Assembly (NCBI GenBank): GCA_038087875.1
Contig: CM075994.1
Coordinates: forward strand, 8,310,001 to 8,374,000
Source: Malacoraja senta
Lineage: Eukaryota
Reading direction: 5' to 3'
Length of the DNA: 64,000 nt
Positions 26,001 to 38,664 of the stretch are shown piece after piece. A model generated the notes under the pieces. It saw only the letters and a list, made by a program, of their open reading frames with translations, ran no database searches and was not told where the DNA came from. Position 1 is the first letter of the stretch, and each line of letters begins with the position of its first letter. The position numbers and the translations under genes were made by a program.

Positions 26001-27890
26001 ATACGATACGATACGATAATACTTTATTGTCAGAGCAAGTCTGAAATTTGTTTTGCATCACAGAAGCTCCATTTACAGCATCACAAAAAAGACAAGAGGG
26101 GCAAAAGAAGACATGCATCAAGATATCAAGACAGGATCCCAAAATACCCATATTCGACAAGACATTACAATAACAGAAGACCACGTTTATGGCCCGTCAG
26201 CGTACGTTTGATCTGGGATTAAGCGCTGTGTTTAGTTCAAGGTGCACAAACAAGCCCCTCATTCTAATATTATTACATTTTGGAACCCTCTATCTCTGGT
26301 TTGATGGTAACAAATTGTACTCACTATTCAGAACGTGGTTGGTGTCAGAGGAAATGGTATTGGCCATCCTTAGTATGTTTTTAAGGTAGGATGATAGATA
26401 CAATTTTTGTAGTGATTGACCTACAATCTTTGAGCAAATGTTTATTTGTTGGAGCAGTTTTGATTTAGAAGTAGTAGACAAACTCTTGTATCATGTAGTG
26501 TTGCAATACTGCAAAACACTCATTATCACGGCAGTAACAAATAATAAAAGGATTTGTTTACTTGCTCCGAATGATCTTAGTCGGCGGAGAAAGCAGATTC
26601 TTTGTTTTGTCATTGCAAATCTTATCAATGTGGTTATTCCATGATAACTGATAGTCTATCGTTACCACCAAGTATTTAAATGAAGACACCTGCTTGATTT
26701 TTTCGTTATTGGTAACAAGTGAAAATTTATGAGAGTCAGATGGAGAGCCAAATGCAATCTCTTCTGTTTTCTTTATGTTAATCTCAAGGGCATTATTTTC
26801 AGTCCACTCGACCAATTTGTTCACGCCGAGTTGGTGCAGCCCGGGGTTGTCTGAGTTACTTAACAGAGATAATAGAACTGTATCATCTGAGTACTTTCGA
26901 ATATATTGATACGGTGTATCTGTACGAGAATCATCAGTATAAAAGGTAAACAGCATAGCTGAACTCACACAACCCTGGGGTGCTCCGACGTTGGTTGTGA
27001 TGGCAGATTAAAGGGTTTTATTCACCTTTACTATCTGTACTCTTAGTGAGAAAGGAAGCATACCAGTGAATCAGATAGGGATTTAGTTCCTGCTGGACCA
27101 TTTTTGACACCAAAATGTCTGATTGAATTGTGTTGAAAGCTGACGAAAAATCTAGAAAGAGGGCTCTTGCATAGGTGTTGGGTTTGTCTAAGTGTTTAGA
27201 GATAATATGGACTAAGGAGGCAACAGCATCTTCTGTGCCACAGCCCTGCTTATAGGCAAATTGATATGGGTCAAGTTTATTCTTTGTTGTACTGATGAAA
27301 TGTCGGAGCAAAATTATTTCGAGAGATTTCATAATCACCGATGTAAGGGCTATGGGTCTGAAATCCTTATATTCTTTGGGACATGTATTCTTGGGCAAAG
27401 GTTTTATATGCAAAGTTTTCCATAACAGAGGGGCAGTGTGTGTGTCTACAGAGGCCTGAAAGGTTTGTTGCCACACTGGAGCCAGCTGTGTTGTAAAGTT
27501 CCTCAAGAGGAAAGCGCTGCATCCATCCGGCCCAGCAGCTTTCTTTGTATTTGTACACTGAACTGTTTTCCTGACATCTTCAACAGTGATGACAATTCTG
27601 TCGGAGACAGCAGGTATAACAGATTTAACGATGTCGGTGCACTTGGTAGAATTATCTAGGGATTCAAATCTGGCAAAAAAAGTGTTGAGTTCATTGGAAA
27701 GAAATGGTTCGTTATCTGTCACAATAGATTTAAATGGGGTTGACATTCCTGTCATAGATTTCATTGTATCCCACACCTTTTTAGAGTTATTGGCTCTGAA
27801 AGCTTCTTCCAGATGCAGTCTGTGTGCCAATTTTGCTTCCCTCAAGCTTATTTTCAGTTCTTTTTCTAAGTGCTCCAGAATCTTTGTTTT
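26001..27890 (-). mobile_element. 5'-truncated Rex/Babar LINE with frameshifted RT, inserted in a CR1 3' end
   Basis: AAGPDG, DFRPIALTS, LDPYQFAY, FLDFSSAFNTI, KYSDD; (ATCGT)n tail; CR1 minus-strand sequence on both sides. Confidence 0.9.
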
Positions 27891-28574
27891 TGCAGGCCAC
27901 TTTCCTTGTATTTATTACTTTTTAAACGTTGTGATAGTACCTGCCGCAACGATCTCCTCCGCCAGCTCATTCCATACACCCACCTCCCACAAATGTTACC
28001 CCTCAGGATCTTATAAAATCTTTCCAATAGTTACACACTCTAATAATGAGTACCACAGGCAGGTTTTTACAAAGTCTCCGTGTCAGCATGATATCAACAG
28101 CAGTGACATTTACATTGGACTTGAAGCTCGGCTGTTCTATGCATGTTTGTTTCAGGGCTGTATTGAGGAGCAGGGTAGTCCCGGAGAAACACAAGTTGAG
28201 CAGGTTAGTTGTTACTGTGTCTTGAAATGATTGAACTTGTCTCATTGCTGGAGTGATTCTGGTGTTGTAATCACATTGGAATATTTTGGCTACAGATATG
28301 TCTCATTCGGGTGCACATTTTCAACGTTGGCATAATGTGTTCCCAACCATTTCTTCATCCATTGTAGAGTAAATGAAATTAACTGAAGACTGACTTACAA
28401 AATGTTTGAGTGGAAACCCAGATGGATTATCCATTCGGCATCTTTAACTGAAGAGTTTGTAAATGTTGAGGAAGGAACTGCAGATGCTGATTTAAACCGA
28501 AGATAGACACAAAATGCCGGAGTAACAGGCAGCATCTCTGGAGAGAAGGAATGAGTGACGTTTTGGGTCAAGAC

Positions 28575-29180
28575 CTAAAGTTCCCTAAAGAATGCGGACA
28601 TATCGGATGTCCTGGTGTGGAAGACCTCACAGATGCGGCGTAGATGGAGGAATTTGGAGTAGGGGGATAGAGTCTTTGCAGGAAGCAGGGTGGGAAGAAA
28701 TGTATTCAAGATAGTTGTGAGAGTCAGTGGGTTTGTAATAGATGTTAATCTAAATGCCCTTCCCATTCCCACACTGACCTTTCTGTCCTAGGCCTCCTCC
28801 ATTGTCAGAGTGAGGCTAATCGCAAATTGGAGGAACACCATCTCATAATTTCGCTTACAACCCAGTGGTATGAATATTGATTTGTCTAGCTTCAAGTAAC
28901 CCCTCTCTCTCCATCCCTCCCCCATCCATGTCACACCAGGTTCCCGTTCTCACCTAGCAAACAGCTAACAATGGTCTGTTTCCTTTATCATCGTAACTTT
29001 TTTGCATATCTTTCATTCCATTTGTTCTATATCTCTCTACATCACTGTTTATATCTCTCGTTTGCCTTTCCCCTAACTAGTCTGAAGAAGGGTCTCGACC
29101 CGAAACGTCATCCATTCCTTCTCTCCAGAGATGCTACCTGTCCTGCTGAGTTACTCCAGCATTTTGTGTCTATCTTCGGT
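28575..29180. mobile_element. Penelope-like fragments (inverted piece plus 3' terminal repeat)
   Basis: Minus: PYSKFLHLRRIC. Plus: GIY-YIG C-terminal remnant and terminal repeat with a hammerhead motif. Confidence 0.75.
29082..29109 (+). ncRNA. Minimal hammerhead ribozyme motif of the Penelope terminal repeat (representative copy)
   Basis: CTGAAGA-A-GGGT(CTCG)ACCC-GAAACGTC: CUGANGA box, stem II, GAAA box, GUC cleavage triplet. Confidence 0.7.
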
Positions 29181-30319
29181 TGTAAATGTTTTCACCTTAT
29201 TTTTGGCCCTCTGTTTCATCGTTCAGGATTGAGATATTTTGGAATCTCTTCCTCTTATTTGTTGTCTAGTTGTCCACCACCAGTCAAGCATGGATGTGAC
29301 ATGGCTTTGGACCCTTGTTCTAATGGGTTGCTGAAGGATAGCTTATTTTTTCCAATTGCATGTTGGTTTTGTTGTTTAACATACATGTGGCCACTGATGT
29401 AGCTTCACCAGGTTGGCACTTGTTTTGATATATTTCTCATTGAACCAAGATTGGTTCCCTAACTTGGTAGTAATAGTAGAGTGCATGATATGCCGGGGTA
29501 TGAGATGATCAATTATATACAATATATATGATATGTAATACGGAAGATAGCCTGGAGTAACTCAGCATCTCTGGAGAGAAGGAATGGGTGATGTTTCGGG
29601 TTGAGACCCTTCTTCAGATATAATACTGTCTTGGCTTTACTGATGGCCTAAGGTGCATGATGAAACCTTCTTTTCAGATGTCACATCAGTCCTGAATCAA
29701 TCCCATTCAACCCTATGGTAGTGCCTCAAAAGACAAAAGCATGTCCACAATGAAAGGATGGAATTTTGTTTCATCAAGGATTGTGAGGAGATAATGGGTT
29801 GATGATCCTGTAAAGGTAGATTAGTGAAGACTTCATAAAGCAGAATTAACAGGTAACCATCTCCCTCAGGCCAGTCCATCTACTTTGTCATTCCTAGGTG
29901 GCTTCCTCATTGATGGAGCAACTTGAGATGCTCTTGGTGATGGGAATACAGAGTAGGTTCAATGCTCTTAGTGGTAGTCTACATTGAGAAGCATTGCGTT
30001 ATCAGCTCAGTGAGGCCAGAAAACAATAATTAGCAGGACGTTTCCATGATGCCATGATATTTCATGAGTTCCTTAAACAATATTCCAGGGTCACTTCCTG
30101 GTGACAGAGTACTACGTTGAGCAAGCGGACAAAGTCATCAAAGTAGTACCCCAGTGAGGAGATGTAGTCAGGGATAGTCACTGAAAATACGCGTTTACGA
30201 ATAAAGCATTATTTGCTTAACTAGTTCTGGAGTGGAATTCTAAAGCACATGAATGAGCCCTTTGGCCAACCGAGCCTGTTCTGACAATGAAGCAGCCATT
30301 TACACTAATCCTGCATTCA

Positions 30320-32070
30320 TTCCATTCCTCCGACATTTTTGCCACCTCCAACGGGATTGCACCACTACTCACATCTGCCCATCTCCAACACTTTCCGCCT
30401 TCTGCAGAGATCGTTCCCTCCACAACTCCCTGGTTAACTCATCCCTTCCCACCCAAACCACCTCCTCCCCAGATACCTTCCCCTGCAACGGCAGAAGATA
30501 CAACACCTGTCCCCATACCTCCTCCCTCGACTGTCCAGGGAACCCGACAGTCCTTTCAGGTTAGGCAAAGGTTCACTTCCACTTCCTCCAACCTCATCTA
30601 CTGATGCAGTATAACATAGATAAATGTGTGGTTATCCACTTTGGTGGCAAAAATAAGGGGCAGATTATTATCTCAATGGGGTTAGGTTAGGCAAGGGGGA
30701 GGTGCAGCAAGACCTGGGCGTCCTTGTACACCAGTCACTGAAAGTTGGAGTGCAGGTACAGCAGGCAGTAAAGAAAGCTAAAGGAATGTTGGCCTTCATA
30801 ACAAGAGGATTTCAGTGTAGGAGTAAAAAGGTTCTTCTACAGATGTATAGGGCTCTGGTGAGACCACATCTGGAGTATTGTGTCCAGTTTTGGTCTCCGA
30901 ATTTGAGGAAGGACATCCTTGTGATTGAGGCAGTGCAGCGTGTTTTCACGAGATTAATCCCTGGGATGGCGGGACTGTCGTATGAGGAAAGATTGAAAAG
31001 ACTAGGCTTGTATTCACTGGAGTTTAGAAGGATGAGGGGTTATCTTATAGAAACATATAAAATTATAAAAGGACTGGACAAGCTAGATGCAGGAAAAATG
31101 TTCCCAATGTTGGGCGAGCCCAGAACCAGGGGCCGCAGTCTTAGAATAAAGGGAAAGCCATTTAAGACTGAGGTGAGAAAAAAAAAATTCACCCAGAGAG
31201 TTGTGAATTTGTGGAATTCCCTGCCACAGAGGACAGTGGAGGCCAAATCACTGGATGGATTTAAGAGAGAGTTTGATAGAGCTCTAGGGGCTAGTGGAAT
31301 CAAGGGATATGGGGAGAAGGCAGGCATGGGTTATTGATTGGGGATGATCAGCCATGATCATAATGAATGGCGGTGCTGGCTCGAAGGGCCGAATAGCCTC
31401 CTCCTGCACCTATTTTCTATGTTTCTATGTTTCTATGTACTGTATCTGTTGTTTAAGGTGTGGACTATTATACATCGGCGAGACCAAAGGTAGATTGGGT
31501 GATTGTTTTGCTGAACACCTTCACTCAGTCTGGACCTACCTGATCTCCTGGTTGCCAAACACTTTAATTCCTCTTCTCATTCCCACACTGACTTTTCTGT
31601 CCTGGGTCTCTTCCATTGTCAGAGTGAGGCCAAATGCAAATTGGACGAACAGCACCTCATATTTTGCTTTTGCAGCTTACAACCCCGTGTATGAATATTG
31701 ATTTCTCTATTTTTAGGTAATCCCTGCATCCCACCCCCCTCTCCCCACTCCCCCCCCTACCCCCACCAAAGTCGTACCAGCTTCAAAGTTGACTTGTCTG
31801 CAACTCGTATTCACCTAGCACACAGCTAACAATCTGAAGAAGGGTTTCGGCCCGAAACGTTGCCTATTTCCTTCGCTCCATAGATGCTGCTGCACCCGCT
31901 GAGTTACTCCAGCATTTTTGTGTACCACACAGCTAACAATGGTCTGTTTCCTTTATCATCCTTACTTTTTTTGCATATCTTTCATTCATTTGTTCTAGAT
32001 TTCTCTATCATTGTCTTTGTCTCTCATTTCCCTTTCCCCTGACTCTCAGTCTGAAAAAGGATCTGGACCC
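30320..32070 (+). mobile_element. Penelope-like 3' region (GIY-YIG) split by a CR1 insertion
   Basis: RFTSTSSNLIY (to ~30600) continues after the CR1 as YCICCLRCGLLYIGET (from ~31436). Confidence 0.85.
30601..31436 (+). mobile_element. Young 5'-truncated CR1 LINE
   Basis: 211-aa open RT C-terminus (30702-31337), highly similar to 16200-17031; (TTTCTATG)n tail. Confidence 0.95.
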
Positions 32071-33834
32071 AAAATGGGACTTGATGGGAACGTGGGAGGA
32101 ATAAAATTGTATGAATTCAAAATACAAATGGGTGCTTAATAGTTGACATGGACACGGGAATCATAGGCATCCTTCTGTTTTATATGACTATAGATCTACC
32201 ACACTCCCATTGAATTGCCATTCCATCCTTCATACTGCACTGTGCTCAATCACATCAGGTGGACAGGTTTAATATCGGTGAGACCAAAATAAGAGCAGGA
32301 TGGCTTCAATATCCTCAATACCTATGCTGGCCTCCACTTCCCTTTTGTGTCAGTTTTCCATAACACCTAATTCTTGATCTTTCAAATATTTATCTATCTG
32401 CACCTTTCAAACATCTAATGATCAAGCCTCCACCACTCTCAGGGGCAGAGAATTTCAGAGATCCCCATCATTTTCCAGAAGAAGCATTGCTATCTAGTTT
32501 GCTTTTACATGACCAGCTCCTTATTTTGCAGCCATGTCCCTTTATAATCTTCTGATAGTGGAAATATCTCAAGATTGACTGTCAGGCCCTCATAGGATCT
32601 TATGTGTTTGAATAAAATCATCCCTTCAGTCTTATAAACTTCAAGGATTGCAGACTTAACCATCTACCCGATCTTGATAGGAGTCTGGCATTTCCTCAGT
32701 GTGGCAGTTTTTGACATGACCACTCGGCTGATGTAGGAATTAACAGTACAGTGATATAAAAAACACTCTAAGACACAGCGTGTAAAAGAAAGGCAAGGGG
32801 CTAGAAGAAGACTTCTCAGTAACCAAAAGAAGGAAACTAAGTAACGTATGATTATTCAGTAAACTGGCCTAAGAAATCATCTAGAAGGGTTCTGCCTGCA
32901 TGGAGTCAAGATATTTTCATGATGTGCTTTGTTGGAGATGTGTGAGATGAGGGATCTAACGGTGAAGGAGTAGGTCAAGGAATTGCAGGAAACTTGGTTC
33001 ATGCCAAGAGAGGGCCCTACAAAGGAACTGCAGATGCTGAATCACACTGAAGATAGACACAAAATGCTGGAGTAACTCAGCGGGACAGGTAGCTTCTCTG
33101 GAGAGAAGGAATGGGTGACATTTCAGGTCGCTGTTGCACAGAAAGAGATGCAATGTAAACATGGCGGGCTGTGGTGCTTGTTGATGGCTACACTTACGAG
33201 CATTGTGGACTAGTTTCTCTCGGTAACATGGTAATGGAGTGGTGAGTGGGAAATGGTGCTATTTACTATTTGTTTAACACAGAAAACACTTGCGTGGCAC
33301 TGTGCCAGCTGTGACTGGGAAAGCACTGTTAGTTTCCAGTACAGTCCAATTCAAACCCAAATCTATTGTAATCATACACTGCTTTTCATATATGTAGGCA
33401 TCAATGACATGGTTTCTATTATATCCCAGCATTGGTAATTAAAAATAATACAGCACTGGAAATGAGATCACACATGAAGAATGTGAGCCCCTAAATGCCT
33501 TCTGAGTATTTGTTGTGTTTTATATAGATATAGATATAGATCTAAATATAGATATAGATATATGTGTGTCTGTGTGTATGTATATATATATATATATATG
33601 GAATAGGTCGGTACATGCCTTCTCCATTCACAGAGATTCCTTTTAATCCATGTAAGGTGTTTTTACAACATTGTTGACTGATGATTCCCAACAGGTATTT
33701 TAATATTGGCATTACCCAAACCATAATTCTATGAAGCAGTGAGATCAGTTCTCTAGCTTGAATGACTACCTCTCAATGGGCCTGAGTTATAGCGAGAGGT
33801 TGAGCAGGCTAGGACTTTATTTCTTGGAATGCAA

Positions 33835-35800
33835 TAGACAATAAACGATAGACAATAGGTGCAGGAGTAGGCCCTTTGGCCCTTCCAGCCAGCACTGCCA
33901 TTCACTGTGATCATGGCTGATCATCCACAATCAGTACCCTGTTCCTGCCTTCTCTCCATATCCCTTGACTCTGCTATCTTTAAGAGCCCTATCTAATCCT
34001 CTCTTGAAAGCATCCAGAGAACCGGCCTCCACTGCCTTCTGAGGCAGAAAATGCCACAGATTCACAACTCTCTGTGTGAAAAAGTGTTTCCTCATCTTCG
34101 TTCTAAATGTCCTACCCATTATTCTTAAACTGTGGCCCCTGGTTCTGCATTCCCCCACCATCGGGAACATGTTTCCTGCCTCGAGTGTGTGTCCAATCCC
34201 TTAATAATCTTATGTGTTTCAATAAGATCTCCTCTCATCCTTCTAAATCCCAGTGTACACAAACCCAGTTCTTTCAACATATGATAGTCCCGCCATCCTG
34301 GGAATTAACCTCGTGAAACTACGCTGCACTCCCTCAATGGCAAGAATGTCCTTCCTCAAATTTGGAGCCTAAAACTGCGCACATTACTCCAGTTGTGGTC
34401 TCACCAGGGCCCTGTACAACAGCAGAAGGACCTCTTTGCTCCTATATTCAACTCCTCTAGTTATGAAGGTCAACATGCCATTAGTTCTTCACTACCTGCT
34501 GTACCTGCATGCTTACTTTCAGTGACTGATGTACAAGGACGCCCAGATCTCGTTGTACTTCCCCTTTTCCTAACTTGACACCATTCAGATAATAATCTGC
34601 CTTCCTGTTCTTGCCTCTAAAGCGGATAACCTCACATTTATCCACATTAAACTGCATCTGCCATGCATTTGCCCACTCACCCAACCTGTCCAAGTCACCC
34701 TGCATCCTCATAGCATCGATATATATGTTCTGATGTTGCCCACTAATCTCCTATGTGGGACCTTATTAAAGGCTTTCTAAAAGTCCAGGTACACTACATC
34801 CACTGGCTCTCCCTTGTCCATTTTCCTAGATATTTTCAAAAAATTCTAGAAGATTAGTCAAGCATGATTTCCCCTTTATATATCCATGCTGACTTGGACC
34901 GATCCTTTTACTGCTATCCAAATGTGCCGCTATTTAATCTTTTATAATTGACTCCAGCATCTTCCCCACCACCGATGTCAGGCTGACTGGTCTATAATTC
35001 CCTGTTTCCTCATTTCCTCCTTTCGTAAAAAGTGGGATAACATTAGCTACCCTCCAATCTACAGGAACTGATCCTGAATCTATAGAACATCGGAAAATGA
35101 TCACCGATGCGTTCAAAATTTCTAGAGCCACCTCCTTAAGTACCCTGGGATGCAGACCATCAGGCCCTAGAGATATATCAGCCTTCAGTCCCATCAGTCT
35201 ACCAAACACCATTTCCTGCCTAATGTGAATTTCCTTCAGTTCCTCTCATCCTATGTCCTCTGGCCACTAGTACATCTGGGAAATTGTTTGTGGCTTGCTT
35301 AGTAAAGACAGATCCAAAGTACCTGTTCAACTCGTCTGCCATTTCCTTGTTCTCCATAATAAGTTCACCTGTTTCAGTCTTCAAGGGACCACATTTGTCT
35401 TAACCAATTGTTTCCTCTTCACATACCTAAAGAAGCTTTTACTATCCTCCTTTATCTTCTTGGCTAGCTTATCTTTGTACCACATCTTTTCTCCCCGTAT
35501 TGCCTTTTTAGTTATTTTCTGTTGCTCTTTAAAACTTCCAATCCTCTGGCTTCCAGCTTATCTTTGCTATGTTATACTTCTCTTTTATTTTTATACTGTC
35601 CTTGACTTCCCTTGTCAGCCACGGCCACTCCTTACTCTCCTTGGAATCTTTCTTCCTCTTTGGAATGAGCTGATCCTGCACCTTCTGTATTATTCCCAGA
35701 AATACCTGCCATTGTTGTTCCAATGTCATCCCTGCTAGGGTATCTTTCCAGTCAGCTTTGGCCAGCTCCTCCCTCATGCTTCCATAGTCCCCTTTGCTCA
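33835..35800 (-). mobile_element. CR1 LINE, internally deleted and frameshifted
   Basis: GNYRPVSLTSVVGK, GPDGLHPRVLKE, QFNVDKCEV, RTRGHS on the minus strand. Confidence 0.9.
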
Positions 35801-36409
35801 ACTACTGAGAGCAGGAAGAGGTGTGGAGGTGTATAACATTATGAGAGGAATAGGGGCAAATGCACAGTGTTTTACCGAGAGTAAAGGAATCCAATTGCAG
35901 ACCAATTTGGCAGACCAATTTCCCTCCAGGGATGAATAATGTTTTATAGTATCGTATCGTATCGTAAGTACCAGAGGACATAGGTTTCAGGTGAAGGGAG
36001 CATCTGGGAGAGTGTTCTTCCGTTCGAGTGCCTGAAACATCGGGCCGTCATTGCAGCGACTGTGGGGGCCTCAATAGGCCCTGATCACGGGTGAACAGAG
36101 GAAGAAGACTGAACTTTGGTGCCTTCCCTCACAGTGGGAAACGTTGCTTCCGCTGTGGGGGGATGTTTTTATGTTTTATGTTAAATTCTAAAGTGTTGTG
36201 TTAATGTTATTTGTGTGCTGCATGACAACTCAAATTTCACTGTATGTGACAATAAATGTCCTTTGTCCTTTGGTATTAAACATTTAAATATGAATATTTG
36301 ACATTCAGAGGACTGGACTACTGATCTAAGGGCATGTTCAAATCTCACTATGACAATTGGGGGAGTTTAAACTCAACTTATTAGTTAAATCTGAATTATA
36401 CAAAAAACA

Positions 36410-36890
36410 TACAAGGTTAATTCACAGAATGGCAGGACTGTCATATGCTGAGAGAATGGAGCAGCTGGGCTTGTACACTCTGGAGTTCAGAAGGATGAGA
36501 AGAGATCTCATTGAAACATATAAGATTGTTAAGGGTTTGGACACGCTAGAGGCAGAAAACATGTTCCCGATGTTGGGGGAGTCCAGAACCAGGGGCCACA
36601 GTTTAAGGATAAGGAGTAAGCCATTTAGAACGGAGACGAGGAAACACTTTTTTCTCACAGAGAGTGGTGAGTCTGTGGAATTCTCTGCCTCAGAGGGCGG
36701 TGAAGGCAGGTTCTCTGGATGCTTTCAAGAGAGAGCTAGATAGGGCTCTTAAAAATAGCTGAGTCGGGGGATATGGGGAGAAGGCAGGAACGGGGTACTG
36801 ATTGGGGATGATCAGCCATGATCACATTGAATGGTGGTGCTGGTTCGAAGGGCCGAATGGCCTACTCCTGCGTCCATTGTCTATTGTCTA
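36410..36890 (+). mobile_element. CR1 3' fragment
   Basis: GLSYAERMEQLGLYTLEFRR...RTRGHS followed by the 3' UTR. Confidence 0.9.
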
Positions 36891-37012
36891 TAACCTCATT
36901 GGTAAACAATAAATTGCTTTATTGTCAATGAAAACAGATTACGTTCACTGATATTCTATCGGGGAGAAGCCTGCCATCCTAGTCCCGTCTAGCCTACATG
37001 TAACTCCATATC

Positions 37013-37212
37013 NNNNNNNNNNNNNNNNNNNNNNNNNNNNNNNNNNNNNNNNNNNNNNNNNNNNNNNNNNNNNNNNNNNNNNNNNNNNNNNNNNNNNNNN
37101 NNNNNNNNNNNNNNNNNNNNNNNNNNNNNNNNNNNNNNNNNNNNNNNNNNNNNNNNNNNNNNNNNNNNNNNNNNNNNNNNNNNNNNNNNNNNNNNNNNNN
37201 NNNNNNNNNNNN
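37013..37212. other. Assembly gap (200 N)
   Basis: Run of N. Confidence 1.
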
Positions 37213-38664
37213 GAGATGGAGAGGTGTAGGGGGAGTGGTGGAAGTGGGAGAGAGGGAGGGGAGAGGTGTAGGGGGAGTGGTTGAAGAGGGATAGCGGGGT
37301 AGGGGAAGGGGACGGGGTGAGAGAGGGAAGGGGGATGTGGGAGAGAGTAATGGGGGTGGGAGGAGGAGGGGGGTGAGAGGGAGAGGGGTGAGGAGAAGGG
37401 GATGGAGAGCGGGAGGAGAGAGGGTGGGTAAGGCGAGGAGAAGGGTAGAGAGGTGTGGGGGAGGGTGGAGGGTGGCGACGGGGTTGGGAGAGAAGAGGGG
37501 GGGAGGGGGGAGAGGGAGACGGGGTGGGGAGAGAAGAGGGGAGGGAGGGGAGGGAGGAGAGAGGGGGAGGAGGAAAGGGGAGAGATTGGTGAGGGAGAAG
37601 AGAGCAGGGTGGGGGGAGATGGACGGGGAGGAGTGTGGGGAGTGGGAGGAGAGCGGGGAGGGCAGGAAGGGGGGAGGGGGGGGAGGAGATGTTAGAGGTG
37701 GAGAGAGGGGATGAGGGGAAGGGGAGAGGAGTAGGGGGAAGAGAGGGAGAGAGGGAGGGGGGAGGGATAGAGGTGGGGGAGGGAGAGGGGAAGAGTGGTG
37801 AGTGAGGGGCAGAGGGGTAGCGGGGAGTGGTGCAAGAGAGAGTGGAAGGGGGTAGGGGGGAGATGGGGGTGAAGAGGGGTGGTGGAGGGGGAAGAGAGGG
37901 TGTGGGAGGGGAGGGAGGGGTAGAGGAGAGAGGGGGAAGAGTGTGGAGGGAGAGTTGAAGTAGGAGGGGTAGTGACAGTCCATCTGTTACCCATTCCCTA
38001 TCACCCCCAATCCTCTTTCTCTATTTCCACAAACGTGACGACGCCCTTCGACACAGGCTGTGGGGGTTGGGGGGGAGGGGCTTGGACTGTGGGTGCTGCA
38101 AAGGCATATCTAAACGGATTCATTTCGATTTGTTACAAGTGTCGCCGGGCGTCGCCACGTGTGTGGGGGCGATAGGGAATGGGGAAATTTCAAAATGTTA
38201 AACAAAAATAGCTCTCAGCAATAGAATGTTAATGAAGGTTCCGTTTTTTGATGTCACAATGCCCAATGCTGCGGGGGTTGGGGGGGAGGGGCTGGGGCTG
38301 GTGCCAAGGCATATGTAATGGATCCATTCCGATTGGACATCTGTGAGCATTGTGCATTGTGACATCACACACGGAATCTTTACAAACATTCTATGGCTGA
38401 GCTGTTTTTTTTAAAACATTTTGAAGTATTTGGTTTGGGGGGGGGGGAGAGGTATTTTATTTAAAAAACGTGTACATAAACAGGTCAGAATTTAATCAGG
38501 AGTGGGTTTATGTAAAGATAAACGTAACCTCTTTAGAAACGGTAAAAAATATCGGCCTTTCCGCGCGCCGCGTGGGCGTCGGGCCGTATCAAAGGCCGCG
38601 CGGCAAAGTCAAGCAGGCCGTCGGACGTACAGACGGACGACAGCCAGAGAGTTTTATATAATAA
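37213..38664 (-). mobile_element. Non-autonomous Helitron-like element, partial copy running into the gap
   Basis: 37213-38664 is homologous to ~40050-41427 of the adjacent copy; its 5' end lacks the first 4 nt (TCTA). Confidence 0.7.
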